From positions 39,105,039 to 39,169,038 of the forward strand of contig NC_068984.1 in NCBI RefSeq assembly GCF_001194135.2: a DNA stretch of 64,000 bases, in the 5' to 3' direction. Of the stretch, positions 23,301 to 36,699 are shown piece after piece. Origin of the DNA: Octopus bimaculoides (Eukaryota). Within the stretch, counting starts at the first letter, position 1, and each line of letters opens with the position of its first letter. Both the position numbers and the translations under genes were made by a program. The notes beneath the pieces are model-generated. The model did no database searches and was not told the origin of the DNA. It saw nothing but the letters and a program-made list of their open reading frames with translations.

Positions 23301-23989
23301 CTGGTGTGCTTGTATTATGTATTGCTTTTTCTTTTCTTTTATTCTTCTACATGTTCCAGTCATTTGACTGTGGCCATGCTGGAGCACTGCCTCACATTTG
23401 AAGCTGACTTCCTCTGTTGGTCTGTCATTGAGTACATTGTGTGGAGTTATATGTATGTGTGCTTACATTGTGTACAGTGTATGGAGTTATATGTGTGTGT
23501 GTGTGCATGTGTTTGTATCTTCCCATTTGTACCTTGACATAGTTTACATCTGCAAAAAAATACCTGGCTGTTGTGTGGTTTGGTGTTTAAAAGACCAGGA
23601 GGATAACTACCTGACTTGGAAATAAGAGCTGGCAACAGAAACAATATTTGGCCATAGAAAAAACTGTTTCTATAAGATTCATCTGACCTTTGATAGAATA
23701 CAGAAAGTGGTTGTTAAAATGATGGTAATTACATGGCCTACAAGCTCTCTTATTGCAGCTACATATCTTGGTTCCTTGAAATGCAGAGCTTTACTAACTT
23801 TACAGAATCTTCCTATCCACTACTTCTCAACCAAGATAGTCTTGTAAATTCTGATAAAGCCTTTGTATTTGCTGTAATCTGCCTTTTCAACTTTGCATAT
23901 ACACTACACCTTGGGCAAGTCTCTTCTACCATGGCCCGAGGTTCACCAAATCCTTAGGAATGAAATTTGGTAGATGAAAACTGAAGAAG

Positions 23990-25300
23990 CTTAATGGGGG
24001 ACTGTTCCTGATGTTTGGTGGTAGATGTGATTTGATCTCAGATTATCTTCCTTCATAACACCAATCTTGGAGGCCCTGAGATAGGTCATGGGCACTGTTC
24101 TTCCAACACTATCTAAATCATACAAGCAAAAATTAAATTCCTTCTCTCCAATTATCCCCTCACTGTTACCAAATGCAAAAGGTTCTCTAGAATCTTCTAA
24201 CCAAGGAAGACAATTGGTTCTGACTGTTCCTTCAAGCAATGAATTCCAAAAGAGTCTGACCTTGTCAAATTTTCCAGTCTATGCAAATCTACTGCATTAA
24301 TTGTACTGTACTCAGTTTCCAAAAGAGTACCCTTTCCCTGCTTACTAACTGCTGCTCTTTTACTTTCATTTCCAACTTCACAATGGTAACAGAAGCTATG
24401 TACATGAACACTTTCATCTGATTGAGTTTCAAAATGATGACAATGACGGCTTACACTGTTGAGTCTTCTCAGTGAGCATATTTTTTTGTATTCCCAGATG
24501 TTCTGAAGACTTACCTTCATATGTCGTTCATCAATAGTCCCTCACTTTTCAGCATTTGATTGGGTCTAGCTAAGCTGTCTACCTATGGATTCTATCTTTT
24601 TAATTGGAAGATTAATGTCAGAGCTTGCTTCAGTGCAATATATATTGGTTAAAACCTTTCCAACCCATATTCTATTCTATCAGCTCTGGTTTGTTTCGGG
24701 CAAATAAAATGTTTTGTCAAACTCACTCCCTTTTCTATGTATTAATAACATTAATATGCACTTATCTGCAGCTGATAATTCCTTTCAGTCTGATAGCATT
24801 CTCCAAAAAAGAGCATGGGGGTCTAGTCTCTTCCAGCAACATTAAGACACAGTCGCTGCATATCTCAAGAAAACCATCCTGCACAAAACATTCTTTGCTG
24901 ATGAACAACATGCAACTGAAACCCCTCACAGTTGTACAAATGTTAGACATGACTTCTCTTGAGACACATGTACATATAATATTGCCATAATTGCATTCCA
25001 AAGACAAGACTTCTTTTACAAGATAACCTTTCTCTTCTCATCACCCCTACTTTATTTCACTACTAGATCATGCACTAAACACTTGTTCCTTAAAAGTCGA
25101 ACCCTCTTCGGAATTCTATTTTCTGCCCTTATTTTTTCTACATGCTTCAGACTATTGATGCTCAAACTTAACATTGACTTAATCAGTCTAGGAGGGTTTC
25201 AAAAATTTTGAGTGTTGCTTGCATGCTTTGCTTGAGTTCCTTGAAGCTGAAACTCTTAGAAGTAAGTATGTTATCTGAAATAGATTGGTATGCTATCCAG
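23990..25300 (-). mobile_element. Highly decayed LINE 5' fragment, possibly L1/Tx1-like ORF1 plus endonuclease
   Basis: Cys-rich ORF remnant at 24762-25007 followed by ...HCLKEQSEPIVFLG* (resembling the GDFN region); many stops. Confidence 0.35.
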
Positions 25301-25999
25301 GGAATATTATTTATCTGCTTATTATATTCCTCTTTCATCTATCTAAGTTTTCCTTTACCCTCCAGTTTTGATAAAGAGTAGGGTTTGATTCATTTGGCTT
25401 TAATCCCATCACCTCAATAAAATTAGGTCATAGTTGTCATTGTTTAGCCCCAGGTCAGCCTTAATCAAGATAATGATCAAAAGACATTTAGACTATGATT
25501 ATCTTTTTGTTTTGTTTGATACATTGTCTTGTCTTTAGGATTATATTATCCAATGTGTCCTTCTTTTTCTATGGCAACAAAGTGTGCCTTGAGGGAAATT
25601 TGGCTTCTGTTTCTAACAGGTAGAGTATTTGTGTAAAGGCATTTTCAATAGTAGTTAGTTTCACTAAATTATATCTCCTTTATCTTGTGTTTAAGAAATA
25701 ATCATTACTACAACTACTGCTACTGCCACCACCATCACCACCAACACCACCACTACCATGACACCACTACCACCACCATGACACCACCACCACTACTACT
25801 ACTACTACTTTATGGTCGTGGATAGCACAAGATGTAAAACATTGAACTATACATCTTTTCTCTATCATCTTGAATAAATACCAGCAGTAATATTAGAATC
25901 AGTTCAATTAATTCTGCTTCTTCCCCAGTAATATATTGTAGGAAATACTTGTTACTGATTAAATCAAACCTAAACAACAAATATGATAAACCAGATGCA

Positions 26000-26600
26000 A
26001 AAATAAATATTGAATAACGCTTATTTCTGAGTTTAGTGGAATTCAGGCAAAGATTAGGAGCAACACTAGGCTGCCCTGCCATGCTCCTTGTGGAGAATGC
26101 TTTTTGCAATAAACAACAATAAACTACAAAGAGCACTAAACAGTGCACCATGCATCATAACAGGTTGTACACAGGCCACACCTACAAACCATCTACACAA
26201 TAAAGCAAAAATACTAAAAATAAAATACCACCTTGACAGGTGAAAGGCATTGTGTATCATTGTAGCCTGTTTTAACCCCACAGTCCCTGTCACTACAAGA
26301 AAAGAGACACATATAACACTTGTGAATACTACTACTACAACAATATCCTAAAAGTATTACATCTCCCATTCAGCCTGGGCATGTGAAAGATTATGTACAC
26401 ACATAAATAGCTGCTTTATCAATAGCTTCACTTATTGGTGATGGGAATAACCCAGCAACCTGTGCTGGTTTTTCTCATCATCAATAAGTGTACAGGAGTA
26501 GAAAATGTTGCACTCTCACTGTATCTATCTTACCTTCCTCTACTGTGACCACCAACAGAATCTTCATGTGTGTGGGAGTAGATTGGATGGTGGGGAAAGC
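26000..26600 (+). mobile_element. Decayed I-group-like LINE RT C-terminal fragment
   Basis: NKLQRALNSAPCIITGCTQATPTNHLHNKAKILKIK, resembling the LQ..QN.ALR..TGC...TP...LH.EA motif. Confidence 0.4.
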
Positions 26601-27176
26601 ACTATGTATCAAGACTGTCAAACTGCACCACATATAATTCAACACTAAATATTGGTGTGTTATGTGTGGCCTTTGGCCAAACGGAAACAGTATGACTAGG
26701 TAGAAAAGCCTGTGGATTAGGTTTCATTATTTGGCTGATTACATGCAGGTCATAAGAATGCTTAGATGGGGCTGGCCTGGAACAACAGAGCATGACAACC
26801 CCAAATAAGGCCACTGGATAATATAATAAATCCTACTTGCACCTAAGAAGATGATATGCTTGACAGAAGATACCTTATACTCACTATGATACATATATTA
26901 GACCATAAGTGTTATGTATTATGAGTTGAGAAACTTTGATCAACTGAGATTCTTCATGCAATTAGTAAGTAAAAACTTCCTCTAGGAGTGTTTAAAATCT
27001 AAATTCAACAAAGGACATAATTCCAATAAGATCAAACAACCAAAATTTTTGGAAGATGTAGATAATGTAGGTGGTATTGATTTCATATATAAAGTCAACT
27101 GTGTCATATGCTTTGGTCCTAGTAAATCTCTCTAGGGAAATATATTCTTTGTTGTAAAAAAAACTAAAAATGATCA

Positions 27177-27245
<69 letters not shown>

Positions 27246-27246
<1 letters not shown>

Positions 27247-27455
27247 TGCCAGTACCGCCTGACTGGCCTTCGTGCCGGTGGCACGTAAAAGCACCCACTA
27301 CACTCTCGGAGTGGTTGGCGTTAGGAAGGGCATCCAACTGTAGAAACTCTGCCAGATCAGATTGGAGCCTGGTGTAGCCATCTGGTTCACCAGTCCTCAG
27401 TCAAATCGTCCAACCCATGCTAGCATGGAAAGCGGATGTTAAATGATGATGATGA
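27246..27455 (+). mobile_element. Young 3' UTR fragment of the (GAT)n-tailed RTE family
   Basis: Near-identical to 51990-52206. Confidence 0.85.
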
Positions 27456-27873
27456 TATATATATTTATATTTATATATACATACACATTTATATATAGTT
27501 TGCTGTTCCATTAATGTAGGATCAACAAAGAAGGTACTCCATTCAGTGAGAGATGAATATTTAATGCATGCAGTATTAAAATAAGAGCTTCTAATAGTTT
27601 CTTGCCTTGGAGACATCATAATTTGGCAGATTTTTATACTGTGCCTTATGTTTCCAAGCAATCCTAAGGCTCAAGGCACACAGTTAGTGCCATGTTCCTG
27701 TAAGGCCAGATGTCCTTCTTTGTCACCATTCTTCACCTGTTTCCAAGCAAGGTGTTATTAGGCCGGTTTTCCATGGAAGACTGGAAACGGATAGCATTGC
27801 TTGTATGACAATGATGCACATTTACAAGCATCACCTGATGTCTAGACACGGGTTAACCCCCACCTCCACCCAG

Positions 27874-27917
<44 letters not shown>

Positions 27918-27920
<3 letters not shown>

Positions 27921-28080
27921 ATGAACTTTTTTCAGTTTCCATCTACCAAATCCACTCATAAGGCATTAGCTGGCTTGGGGCTTTAGTAGGAAGACACTTG
28001 CCCAAGGTACCATACACTGGGTCTGAATCCAGGACCTCATGCTTGGGAAGTAGGCTTCTTAATGATACAGTCGCACCTGT
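27918..28080 (-). mobile_element. CORE-type SINE (family B), 5' part
   Basis: Reverse complement of the family B head and CORE segment (GACACTTGCCCAAGGT). Confidence 0.7.
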
Positions 28081-28265
28081 GCCTTTTGTTGAGCTGTATA
28101 TTCCTGGTTATGGCATATAACTGGTGAGAATGTTACCGGCAGTTGATATTGACAATTCTTCAGACAAATTCTGGCTGGAAGTGCAAGGCCTCTTTTATGT
28201 TGGAGGTAAATATACAGTCCTGATACTACAAGCGTAGTACCTTTCAAAAATGACAAGCTTCATTT

Positions 28266-29560
28266 CATCATCATCATCATCATCATTATCGTTTACTGTC
28301 TGCTTTCCATGCTGGCATGGGTTGCACGGTTTGACTGAGGGCTGGCAAGCCAGAAGGCTGCACCAGGCTGCAATCCGATCTGGCAAAGTTTCTACAGCTG
28401 GATGCCCTTCCTAATGCCAACCACTCTGAGAGTGTAATGGGTGCTTTTTATGTGCCACCGGCATGTGGGCCAGTCAGGTGGTACTGGCATCAACCACACT
28501 TGAATGGTGCTTTTTACGTGCCACTGGCACAGTAGCCAGTCAGGCAGCACTGGCAATGATCCCGCTTGAATGGTGCTTTTTATGTGCTACCGGCACAGGA
28601 CCAGTCAGCTGGCACTGGCATCGACTATGTTCGAATGGTGTTTTTTTTCGTGCCACCGGCATGGGTGCCAATCATTGGCCACGACAATGACTTCACTTGA
28701 CTCAACAGGTCTTTGCAAGCACAGTTTATTGCCCAATGATTGAAGGGTACTCTTAAGTGGGCTGGTTATGGTCTCACTTGACTTGCTGGGTCTTCTCAAG
28801 CACAGCATATCTCCAAAGGTCTTGGTTAAAATGTCATCGCCTCCGTGAAGCCCAATGTGCTTCACCACCTCATCCCAGGTCCTCTTGGGTCTACTTCTTC
28901 CACAAGTTCCCTCTACTGCTAGGGTGTGACACTTTTTCAAACAGCTGCCCTCATCCATACTCAACATATGACCATACCAGTGCAGTTGTCTCTCTTGCAT
29001 ACCACATCTGATGTTTCTTATATCCAACTTTTCTCTCAGAGCGCTTACACTCTGTCGTGTATGCACACTGACGTTACACATCCAGCGGTGCATACTAGCT
29101 TCATTCTTTGTNNNNNNNNNNCCAGCGGTGCATACTAGCTTCATTCTTTGTAAGCTTACGCATGTCCTCAGCAGTCATGGCCCATGTTTTACTACCATGT
29201 AGTATGGCTGTTTGCACATATGCATCATACAGTCTACTTTCTACTCTGAGCAAGAGGCCCTTTGTCACCAGCAGAGGTAGGACCTCTCTGAACTTTGCCC
29301 AGGCTATTCTTATTCTAGCAGCTACACTCTCAGAGCATCCACTCCTGCTACTGACTTGGTCACCTGGGTAACGGAAGCTATCAACTACTTATAGATTTTC
29401 CTCCTGGAATGTGACGGAAGCTGTTTTCTGCACATTTTCAGTGTTTATTACCCCTGAGCATTTGCCACACGCAAAAACTATCTTCCCAGTTAGCCTTCCT
29501 TTGATGTTGCTGCACATAGAATATATTATGCAGATGTTGATTCTGCTTAACGGTTTGGAG
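28266..29560 (-). mobile_element. 5'-truncated (GAT)n-tailed RTE LINE with PHD region, RT C-terminus and hairpin-array 3' UTR
   Basis: RWMCNVSVHTRQSVSALREKL...WYGH...GRSRPKRTWDEVVK; CSNIKGRLTGKIVFACGKC. Confidence 0.88.
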
Positions 29561-30089
29561 TTACAACTCACATTAGAAGTAAATGCAAAAACAAAGGAGT
29601 ATAAAATATACTTCATGATAAATAGTATGCAGGCATATGCAAGAATGATTTCAGTATATATATAGTTATGTGATTAAGAAGTTCTGTTCACAATCATGGA
29701 TTCAGATTTGATCTCACTGCATGGTTCATTGGGAATAGCCTTGTGTGTGTGTGTGTGTGTATTTCTCTCTTTCTCTCTCACTCCAGGTTACACACACACA
29801 CACACACACACACACATGCAAGGCGATAACTATAGGCTCTTGTAGGGGAGTTACATGGCTACTCACATTTAGGAGAGAAAGAAAAATTAATCAGTAGCAG
29901 CTCTGAAGAGACAAAGAAACAAGGAGACAGTGAATGGTGCAAAAGATGGGGGAGAGGGGCAGTAGGTAACGTATTTAAGGACTGGGTAGCTTTGAAGGGT
30001 GGATGTAGGAGTGAGAATTGTTAATGGAGTTCTGTCCTACTCTTTCTGTCATACCTGAACTCTCATCTGCTAGCATAAAACCCCACCCC

Positions 30090-30960
30090 TTGCATTTCAT
30101 AGACCTGCATGCTGCATGGTAACATGGTTGGTGTTAGGAAGGGCATCCAGCCATAAAACCATGCCAAACCAAAGCATAATATAGTCCTTGGACCCATAAG
30201 ATCCTGTCACAGCATCCAACTTGTACCAGCATGGAACATGGACATTAAATGATGATGATGGTGATGGAGATAATAATAGAACTGTAATATAGAAATTTTC
30301 TGTAAGGCATGATTCAGTCCACCATGTGGCGCCTTGGGCTGACCAAAGCCTTGTGAGTGGATATGGTAGACGCAAACTGAAAAAACCCATTTAGGTAGAC
30401 CCAGGAAGACATGAGACGAGGTGATGAAGCATGATCTTTGAATGTTGAGCCTAACAGAGGTGATGACAAGTGACCGAGACCTTTGGCGATATGCTGTACT
30501 TGAGAAGACTTGTCAAACCAAGTGAAATTGTAGCCATGGCTATTGCCAGTGTCATGTGAATGGCACCCATGAAATCGTAATCATGACCATTGGTGGTAGC
30601 ATGATCTTCAAATGTTAGACCTCACGGAGGCGATGACAAGTGACCTAGACCTTTGACGATATGCTGCGCTTGAGAAGACTCGTTAAGCCAGGTGAAATCA
30701 TAGTCATGGCTGTTGCCAGTGTCATGTAAATGGCACCTGTGAAATCATAGTCGTGGCTGTTGCCAGTGTCATGTAAATGGCACTCATGCTGGTGGCACGT
30801 GAAGAGCACCATCAGAGTGATTGACATTAGGAAGGGCATCCAGCTGTAGAAACCATGCCAAAACAGATTGGAACCTGGTGCAGCCCTCCAGCTTATCAGT
30901 TCCAGTCAAAACCATCTAACCCATGCCAGCATGGAAAGTGGATGTTAAATGATGAAGATA
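30090..30960 (+). mobile_element. Cluster of RTE 3' fragments (30090-30260 and 30400-30960, the latter with an internal ~190-bp tandem duplication) and a SINE B fragment (30310-30390)
   Basis: GATGACAAGTGACC.AGACCTTTG.CGATATGCTG occurs twice; typical 3' end with GAT tail. Confidence 0.7.
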
Positions 30961-31270
30961 TATATGTGTGCGCACGAGTGTGTATGTGTATGTATGTGTC
31001 TTTGTCAGGCTTAAAAAAAAATGTACTGGGGTTGATTCATTCTTCAAGGTGGTGCCCAAGCATGGCCACAGTCTAATGACTGAAACAAATATAAGAGCTA
31101 TTAAAAAGCCTGTTGTTTTTGGTATTGTACCATTTCATTTCAATAAGTCTACTTGTTTACATGTCATGTCTATTAAGTATATTTGTATACAAAATTATCT
31201 TTTGCCAAATCAAATTTTCAGAAGTTTTCTAAATATACATAATTGCTGTTACACATTTTATAGTTTGAAT

Positions 31271-31662
31271 CACGTGGAGGCGCAATGGCCTAGTGGTTAG
31301 GGCAGCGAACTCGCGGTCATAGGATTGCGGTTTCGATTCCCAGACCGGGCGTTGTGAGTGTTTATTGAGCGAAAACACCTAAAGCTCCACAAGGCTCCAG
31401 CAGGGGATGGTGGCGAACCCTGCTGTACTCTTTCACCACAACTTTCTCTCACTCTTTCTTCCTGTTTCTGTTGTGCCTGTAATTCAAAGGGTCAGCCTTG
31501 TCACGCTGTGTCACGCTGAATATCCCCGAGAACTACGTTAAGGGTACACGTGTCTGTGGAGTGCTCAGCCACATGCACATTAATTTCACGAGCAGGCTGT
31601 TCCGTTGATCGGATCAACTGGAACCCTCGATGTCGTAAGCGACGGAGTGCCAACAACAACAT
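31271..31662 (+). mobile_element. Full-length tRNA-derived SINE, family C, with (ACA)n tail and probable 7-bp TSD TTTGAAT
   Basis: A-box TGGCCTAGTGG and B-box GGTTTCGATTCC; TTTGAAT at 31264-31270 and 31663-31669. Confidence 0.85.
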
Positions 31663-32185
31663 TTTGAATAATATATAATGACAGGTATGACTGTGTAGTT
31701 AAAAAGATCACTTCTCAACTGTGTGGTTACTGGTTCAGCCGCACTGAACAGCACCTTGGGCAAGTGTCTTCCACTAATATCCTTAAGTTGACCAATGTCT
31801 TGTCAGGGTATTTGGTTGGCAGAAACTGTGTGAAGTCTGTTGTATATGTATGTGTGTGTGTATGTATATANNNNNNNNNNNNNNNNNNNNNNNNNNNNNN
31901 NNNNNNNNNNNNNNNNNNNNNNNNNNNNNNNNNNNNNNNNNNNNNNNNNNNNNNNNNNNNNNNNNNNNNNNNNNNNNNNNNNNNNNNNNNNNNNNNNNNN
32001 NNNNNNNNNNNNNNNNNNNNNNNNNNNNNNNNNNNNNNNNNNNNNNNNNNNNNNNNNNNNNNNNNNNNNNNNNNNNNNNNNNNNNNNNNNNNNNNNNNNN
32101 NNNNNNNNNNNNNNNNNNNNNNNNNNNNNNNNNNNNNNNNNNNNNNNNNNNNNNNNNNNNNNNNNNNNNNNNNTATGTATGTTGG

Positions 32186-32810
32186 TTTCAAACTTTGGCG
32201 TAAGGCCAGCAATTTCAGAGTAGAAGTAATTTGATTACATCGACCCCAGTGTTCAACTGGTGCTTATTTCGTTGACCCTGAAAGGATGAAAACAAAGTCG
32301 ACCCTGGTGGTGTTTGAACTCAGAAGAAATGCCACTAAGAATTTTTCTTCTGGTGTTGTAATGATTCTGCCAGCTTGCTGTTTTGGCTGTGTGGTAAGAA
32401 GCTTGCTTCCCAACCACATGATTCTGGGTTCAGTCCCACTGTGTGGCTCCTTGGGCAAGAGTCTTCTTCTATAGCCTAGGGCTGACCAAAGCCTTGTGAG
32501 TGGATTTGGTAGATGGAAACTGCAAGAAGTCCGTCATATATATATATATTTTCGTAGTTTCAGCTTAGAGCTGTGGCCATTCTGGAGCAATATATATATT
32601 TATGTGTGTGTGTTCTTGTGTTTGTGTTTGTCCCTCCACCATCACTGTGTTTATGTCCCCATAACTTAGTGGTTTGGCAAAAGAGAATGACAGAATAAGT
32701 TCTTGACTTTTGAACAATAAGTCCTGGGGTTGATTTCTTCAACTAAAACCCTTTAAGGTGGTGCTCCAGCGTGGCTGCAGTCAGATGACTGAAATTAATA
32801 AAAGAATATT
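32186..32810. mobile_element. SINE A (32186-32372, -) head-to-head with SINE B (32383-32805, +); a further SINE B piece at 31690-31870
   Basis: Similarity to 1503-1708 and 59268-59670. Confidence 0.75.
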
Positions 32811-34159
32811 TTGGTACAATTTATATGCATACAAATACGTAGATACACTGACCCAAATATCTTATTTCTGAGCTATTTTCCTAATTTAGTTAGATTTATA
32901 ATGAAATATAACATTTAATTTACAAATAAAACTAACTAATGATTTGTAGGTACGTGGTACTTCATTATGCAAATACAATGCGCTATAAAGTATACTAATT
33001 ATTTTTATAAGTCAGAACCACATCCTACTGCATTAGCAGTGCTTCTTACATTATTTTTTTTAAGGTTATTTCTACAGATATTCTATAGAAATCATAGCCA
33101 GCACTGATTTTTGCTACATTTTGTATCAAGATTAATGTTTTGCAATGTTTAAATGTTTTTTTTTTTTTGTGTGGATAAGTAGCATCATAATCAGTTTTCT
33201 GGTGTAGTTGGTGCACAGGAGTTATGCAGAGATGTGTTTTCATTGGTTGAATTATGTTGTTGCAGTGTCATTTCAGTTTTGTTAAACTCATATGCTGCAT
33301 GTTTGTTGTGGTCGAATCAAATGCTACAAACATGTCACATGGCTTTGTGTATTATATAGAAGAATGGTAATAGAGGGGATGTAGTGATGCTGATTAACTC
33401 CAAAGAGCAGTGTCATAAATGAGTGGAGGGTCATGGTAGGAATGTCTTTGATTACAGGTTTTCTCAATTACTTTGACCTAAGGCTGAACCATAACAACCA
33501 TTTGATTTCAACGCATCGTGAACAACAAGTCAGTGAAGGAGTTTCTATGTTGTTGCCTGCAAAGAAATAGCATCCAAATCTTGCTCAAATCACATCCTAC
33601 TACCAACAACATGGCTAACATCATTAGATTTCAATATAAATGTTATTAAGCATTCTAAACACCAATTTGTGACAAAAAAAGAAAAAGAAAAAAAACAACA
33701 AAATCCCCCTCCTCTCCCTCAAAACCCCATAAACTTCAGCAGTCTCATTTGGGATTCTGATCACATATCTATTGCTTGATGGGTGACTGCATTACTGATT
33801 ATGCTACTAAGAGTCTGCCCATTCCATCTTCCCAAATTAGATTACATATTTCATTTCTGCTGTTTTAACTGTTAGTTTATCTCTATAAGATAATTGGTCA
33901 GTTAGTTAATGCTAGCAGGATGGGCTATTCTGTTAATGTAGAATTTAGCAAGGTGTTCTACCTTTGTTTGATGCTTGCCAAAGGCAAACAATAAACATGT
34001 GGTTCAAATCCCATCAGCACTCCTTTTGAATTTTTCTGCCCAAAGTTGATGCTTCTAATGTTTAATAATCAAAATCTTTTGATTTTATTTGAAAAGACTT
34101 CAATTTACAGTTATCTTTGGAATTCGGTCACTGTTATATTTTTTTAAAATCTGTTTTAG

Positions 34160-34199
34160 GAGGCTGAGTTTTGTACTGAGCTAATGAGCTGGTTCTGAT
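34160..34199 (+). promoter_or_regulatory. 5' UTR part of the first coding exon, with tandem acceptor TAG/GAG and a 4-codon uORF (34184-34198)
   Basis: ttttaggag at 34154-34162; ATG AGC TGG TTC TGA ends 1 nt before the main ATG at 34200. Confidence 0.55.
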
Positions 34200-34444
34200 A
34201 TGGCTACTACTTGGAGTTTTTTGAACAGCAAACAAGAATCCTCAAGTAATTTCGATAAACTTTCTGAGATTGGTCGTGGTGCTTATGGAACTGTGTATAA
34301 AGCACGTGACCGAAAGAGTGGGCAGTATGTAGCTATGAAACAAATTCCTCTTCCATATTCTAAAGAAGGTGTTCCAACTAGTGCAATAAGAGAAATCGCA
34401 GCCTTGCGTAGAATGGAAAATTTTGAGCATGAAAATATTGTACG
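34200..34444 (+). CDS. CDK6: CDK4/6-family cyclin-dependent kinase, first coding exon (MATTW...EIGRGAYGTVYKARD...VAMK...EGVPTSAIREIAALRRMENFEHENIVR)
   Basis: Gly-rich loop GxGAYG (AY is typical of CDK4/6), VAMK catalytic Lys, PSTAIRE-like PTSAIRE helix and FEHxNxVR. Acceptor ttttag at 34154-34159; donor CG|GTAAGT at 34444/34445 (phase 2). CDK4 versus CDK6 cannot be separated from this sequence. Confidence 0.93.
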
Positions 34445-34901
34445 GTAAGTTGAGTATCTTTTTAAAAATTATTTGGTTCAGTTTTAATATGTACATGGTG
34501 TTTTGCAGAAGTTTTGAGACTTGTTTAAGAGAGGCATTTATAACTGGCCCAGATTATTGTAACTTTAGTACGTGATTACTATACATCTAATAAGCTGACC
34601 TGCCAACTTTTGTTATTCCAGATTGCAGGAGACAGCTGCAACAGCACTTTGAATGCACCCTACTTAACACTTCTCGTCATAGCTGACTAGTTTGCAGAAG
34701 GCAGTCGGGGTGTGAAGACAATGTGGAACCTCACTGTGCAATAAAGTTTTATGTTAAACAGGGCAGAAACATTACAGAAACTTGCAAAATGCTTCAGACT
34801 GGTCATAGATTAACTTGTATGAGTTCAGCATCCGTTTTTCACTGGCCTGAGGGGCCAGGCAAAATGAGTCCACTGGGAAGCTCATAGTGATCCCCTTTTC
34901 A

Positions 34902-36536
34902 CAAGGTGTTTTGGTTAAATTTGACAGTTTCATAAAAAGGAAAAAAACCCCACTATATCTCATCTAAAAATAAAAGTATTTAAAAAAAAAAAGAAAATAT
35001 AAGCTAGATTATGGCTGGTAGATCACAGTTTACTCAAAGTAACTGCCCTCAGCTTCCACCACAGTCTCAAGATGGCTCCAGAACCTGGTGCAAGCATTTT
35101 TCACTGTGTCCCTGGGAAGATCTTCAAACACCTCCTTGATCTTGGCCTCCATCTTGGCCTTGGTGTTGCAGGCAAAGTAGTTGGTGTTTCTCAACTGTGC
35201 CCCACACATAATAATTCATGGGATTACAATTGAGGGAATTAGGATGCCAGAAATTGGGGTTGGTGAAGTTGTAGAAATTCTCCAACAACCACTTCTGACT
35301 TTTTCTGGATGTATGGCAAAGAGCTGAATCCTGCTGCTACACATATGGCCTTCCAGCAGCTTCACATAGCTGTCTGAATGAGCCCTATTTAAAGATGTAG
35401 GACAGCATTCTGTCACCTTCACTGGAAATGCATCAAAATACCATCACAGTTTGGGGCAGCTTGGTTTTCAAGATATGTGGGACATCACATGGTTTATAGC
35501 CAAGCCACCTGTTGTTCTGGGTGTTGTGCAACTGGTCTTGGCATCAGTTCTTTTCATCTAAGAAGAACTGGATCATCCCTGGCTATGCAGAATGCCTCAG
35601 CTTGTTCAGGAACTTCTTAGCCTTTGTCAAACAATTCTCCTTGGCTTTGGTTTACAGAATTTGTCCCTCGTGCCTCTTGTATGAGTGGTGGCGAAAGTCT
35701 TCATTCAGGGCCAGCTTCATAATGGTGACTCCAACACCTTTCTCTCTCGCCAAAGTTTGGATTCTCTTGCTTGGATCTTCCATCATCTTGTCCTTCAATT
35801 GTTGGATGATTTCAGACATGTGGAGATGCAATGGCCCAGTGGTTAGGGCAGTGGACTTGCGGTTGTAGGATTGTGGTTTCGATTCCCAGACCGAGTGTTG
35901 TGAGTGTTATTGAGCGAAAACACCTAAAGCTCCATGAGGCTCTGGCAGGGGGTGGTGGCAAACCCTCCTGTAGAGCATCACGTGATTGATGCCAGGCCCA
36001 CCTGACTGGCTCCTGTGCCAGTGGCATGTAAAAAGCACCCACTACACTCTCGGAGTGGTTGATGTTAGGAAGAGCATCCAGCTATAGAAACATTGCCAGA
36101 TCAGATTGGAGCCTGGTGTAGCCACTGGCTCTCAGTCAAACTGTCCAACCTATGCCAGCATGGAAAACGGACATTAAACTATGATGATGATGATGGACAC
36201 AGTCAGAATGTCTGCTGTGTCTCCTCCTACTGGCCATGGCTTTGTAGTTGCTCTTCCTAGTGTCTATCTCACATCTTACAACTTTCACAGTCTTTATGGA
36301 GCTCTGAGCAGCAGTCATGATGTTGGCATTTTGATACCTGGTGTGAATCCTCATTATACAGGTAACTCTTTTCCAATATTCAGATAGCTTCCAGTCCTCC
36401 ATATCAATTAACTTTTTCTCTCAACTCCAACTTTAATCTTTATGCTCTCCAATGCTTTTAACTGTCCACCAGTACATCAAGCTGTCCTGATAAAAGGAAA
36501 CATGAAATAATTGTCAAGTTTAGTCCAAACACCCTG
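34902..36536 (-). mobile_element. Degenerate maT/DD37D-like mariner transposon (~1.26 kb) interrupted by a 375-bp retroposed insert
   Basis: TIRs CAAGGTGTTTTGGTTAAATTTGAC (34902) and GTCAAGTTTAGTCCAAACACCCTG|TA (36536). Transposase remnants FLDEKN, NTQNNRW, VMVF.CISSEG, YVWQQDSA.CH, W.PNS..CNPMNYYVW, ACTRF. Confidence 0.8.
35821..36196 (+). mobile_element. Chimeric insert: SINE C head (35821-35970) fused to an RTE 3' UTR and (GAT)n tail
   Basis: The first ~150 nt match 31274-31425; the remainder matches 52000-52206. Confidence 0.8.
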
Positions 36537-36699
36537 TACTACTGAGGACCAAACCACTACTGGTGTTGATTCTTCTCTTTCTCTAAAAACACCCATGAAA
36601 TAAATTCTGTCAAATGCTGAGAAGGCTCCACAGAAGTAGTTGTTATCTTCTGATACTGCAGTAAGAATGGAAAATGTTCAGAAGTCTGTTATCCCTATT

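Noticed and set aside
31271-31350. tRNA genes (also 20820-20880, 35821-35895, 59268-59340)
   Set aside because: A and B boxes are present but there is no complete cloverleaf, and each continues into a repeated SINE body.
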